64,000 nt of DNA from Mobula hypostoma (taxonomy: Eukaryota): positions 8,556,001 through 8,620,000 of the forward strand of contig NC_086098.1 of NCBI RefSeq assembly GCF_963921235.1. Direction: 5' to 3'. Below, in pieces: positions 63,678-64,000 of the stretch (position 1 is its first letter; every line of letters starts with the position of its first letter). A program made the translations under genes and the position numbers. The notes beneath the pieces are model-generated. The model had not been told where the DNA came from. It did no database searches and was given only the letters and a program-made list of their open reading frames with translations.

Positions 63678-64000
63678 CTTTTTAAATCTTTTTATTGAAT
63701 AAGTATACAAAAAGGTAAGCCATATAGGCACTAATACACTGTTAGAATATAATAAAATTACAGGAGATATTAATACAGAAACAAAATGATACAAACAATG
63801 TAATTTAAACATAACATACTAAGGTAACATAATAGTATACTAATTTATATATATATATATATATCAATAGAGAAAAGGGGGGAAAAACCCCAAAAAAAAC
63901 CCCCACTGTGCAACTAAGCTAAAAGCAAAGCAAAGCAATGGGCTAACTTGGAACCAAGTAGAGTTAAAGAACTTAAAATCACGTCCTCAAACCCGACCTC
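63678..64000 (-). mobile_element. Probable L1-type 3' end
   Basis: Minus-strand AATAAA near an A-rich end, T-rich 3' UTR composition similar to 33800-34170. Confidence 0.45.

Overview
Repeat-dominated window from a vertebrate nuclear genome. The repeat complement (CR1/HER1-type LINEs with (ACATAGAA)n tails, V-domain SINEs, Penelope-like elements, Rex1/Babar, RTE) points to a cartilaginous fish, probably a ray; this is inferred. I see no intact host protein-coding gene, and nearly all ORF-track entries are fragments or antisense shadows of decayed transposons, many nested. Highlights: (1) a BEL/Pao LTR retrotransposon (3005-7898, 5-bp TSD) whose pol and most of its 3' LTR are replaced by ~0.5 kb of host coiled-coil coding sequence resembling giantin/GOLGB1, in frame with the protease region; (2) a TSD-bounded ORF1-only L1 (HAL1-like, 32242-34172); (3) an RTE fragment flanked by a 144-bp direct duplication; (4) repeated minimal hammerhead-ribozyme motifs in Penelope-derived repeats; (5) a Chapaev3-type transposon; (6) possible decayed HECT E3 ligase exons near the window start; (7) deep element nesting. 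Family names and homologies come from motif recognition by eye, not database searches.
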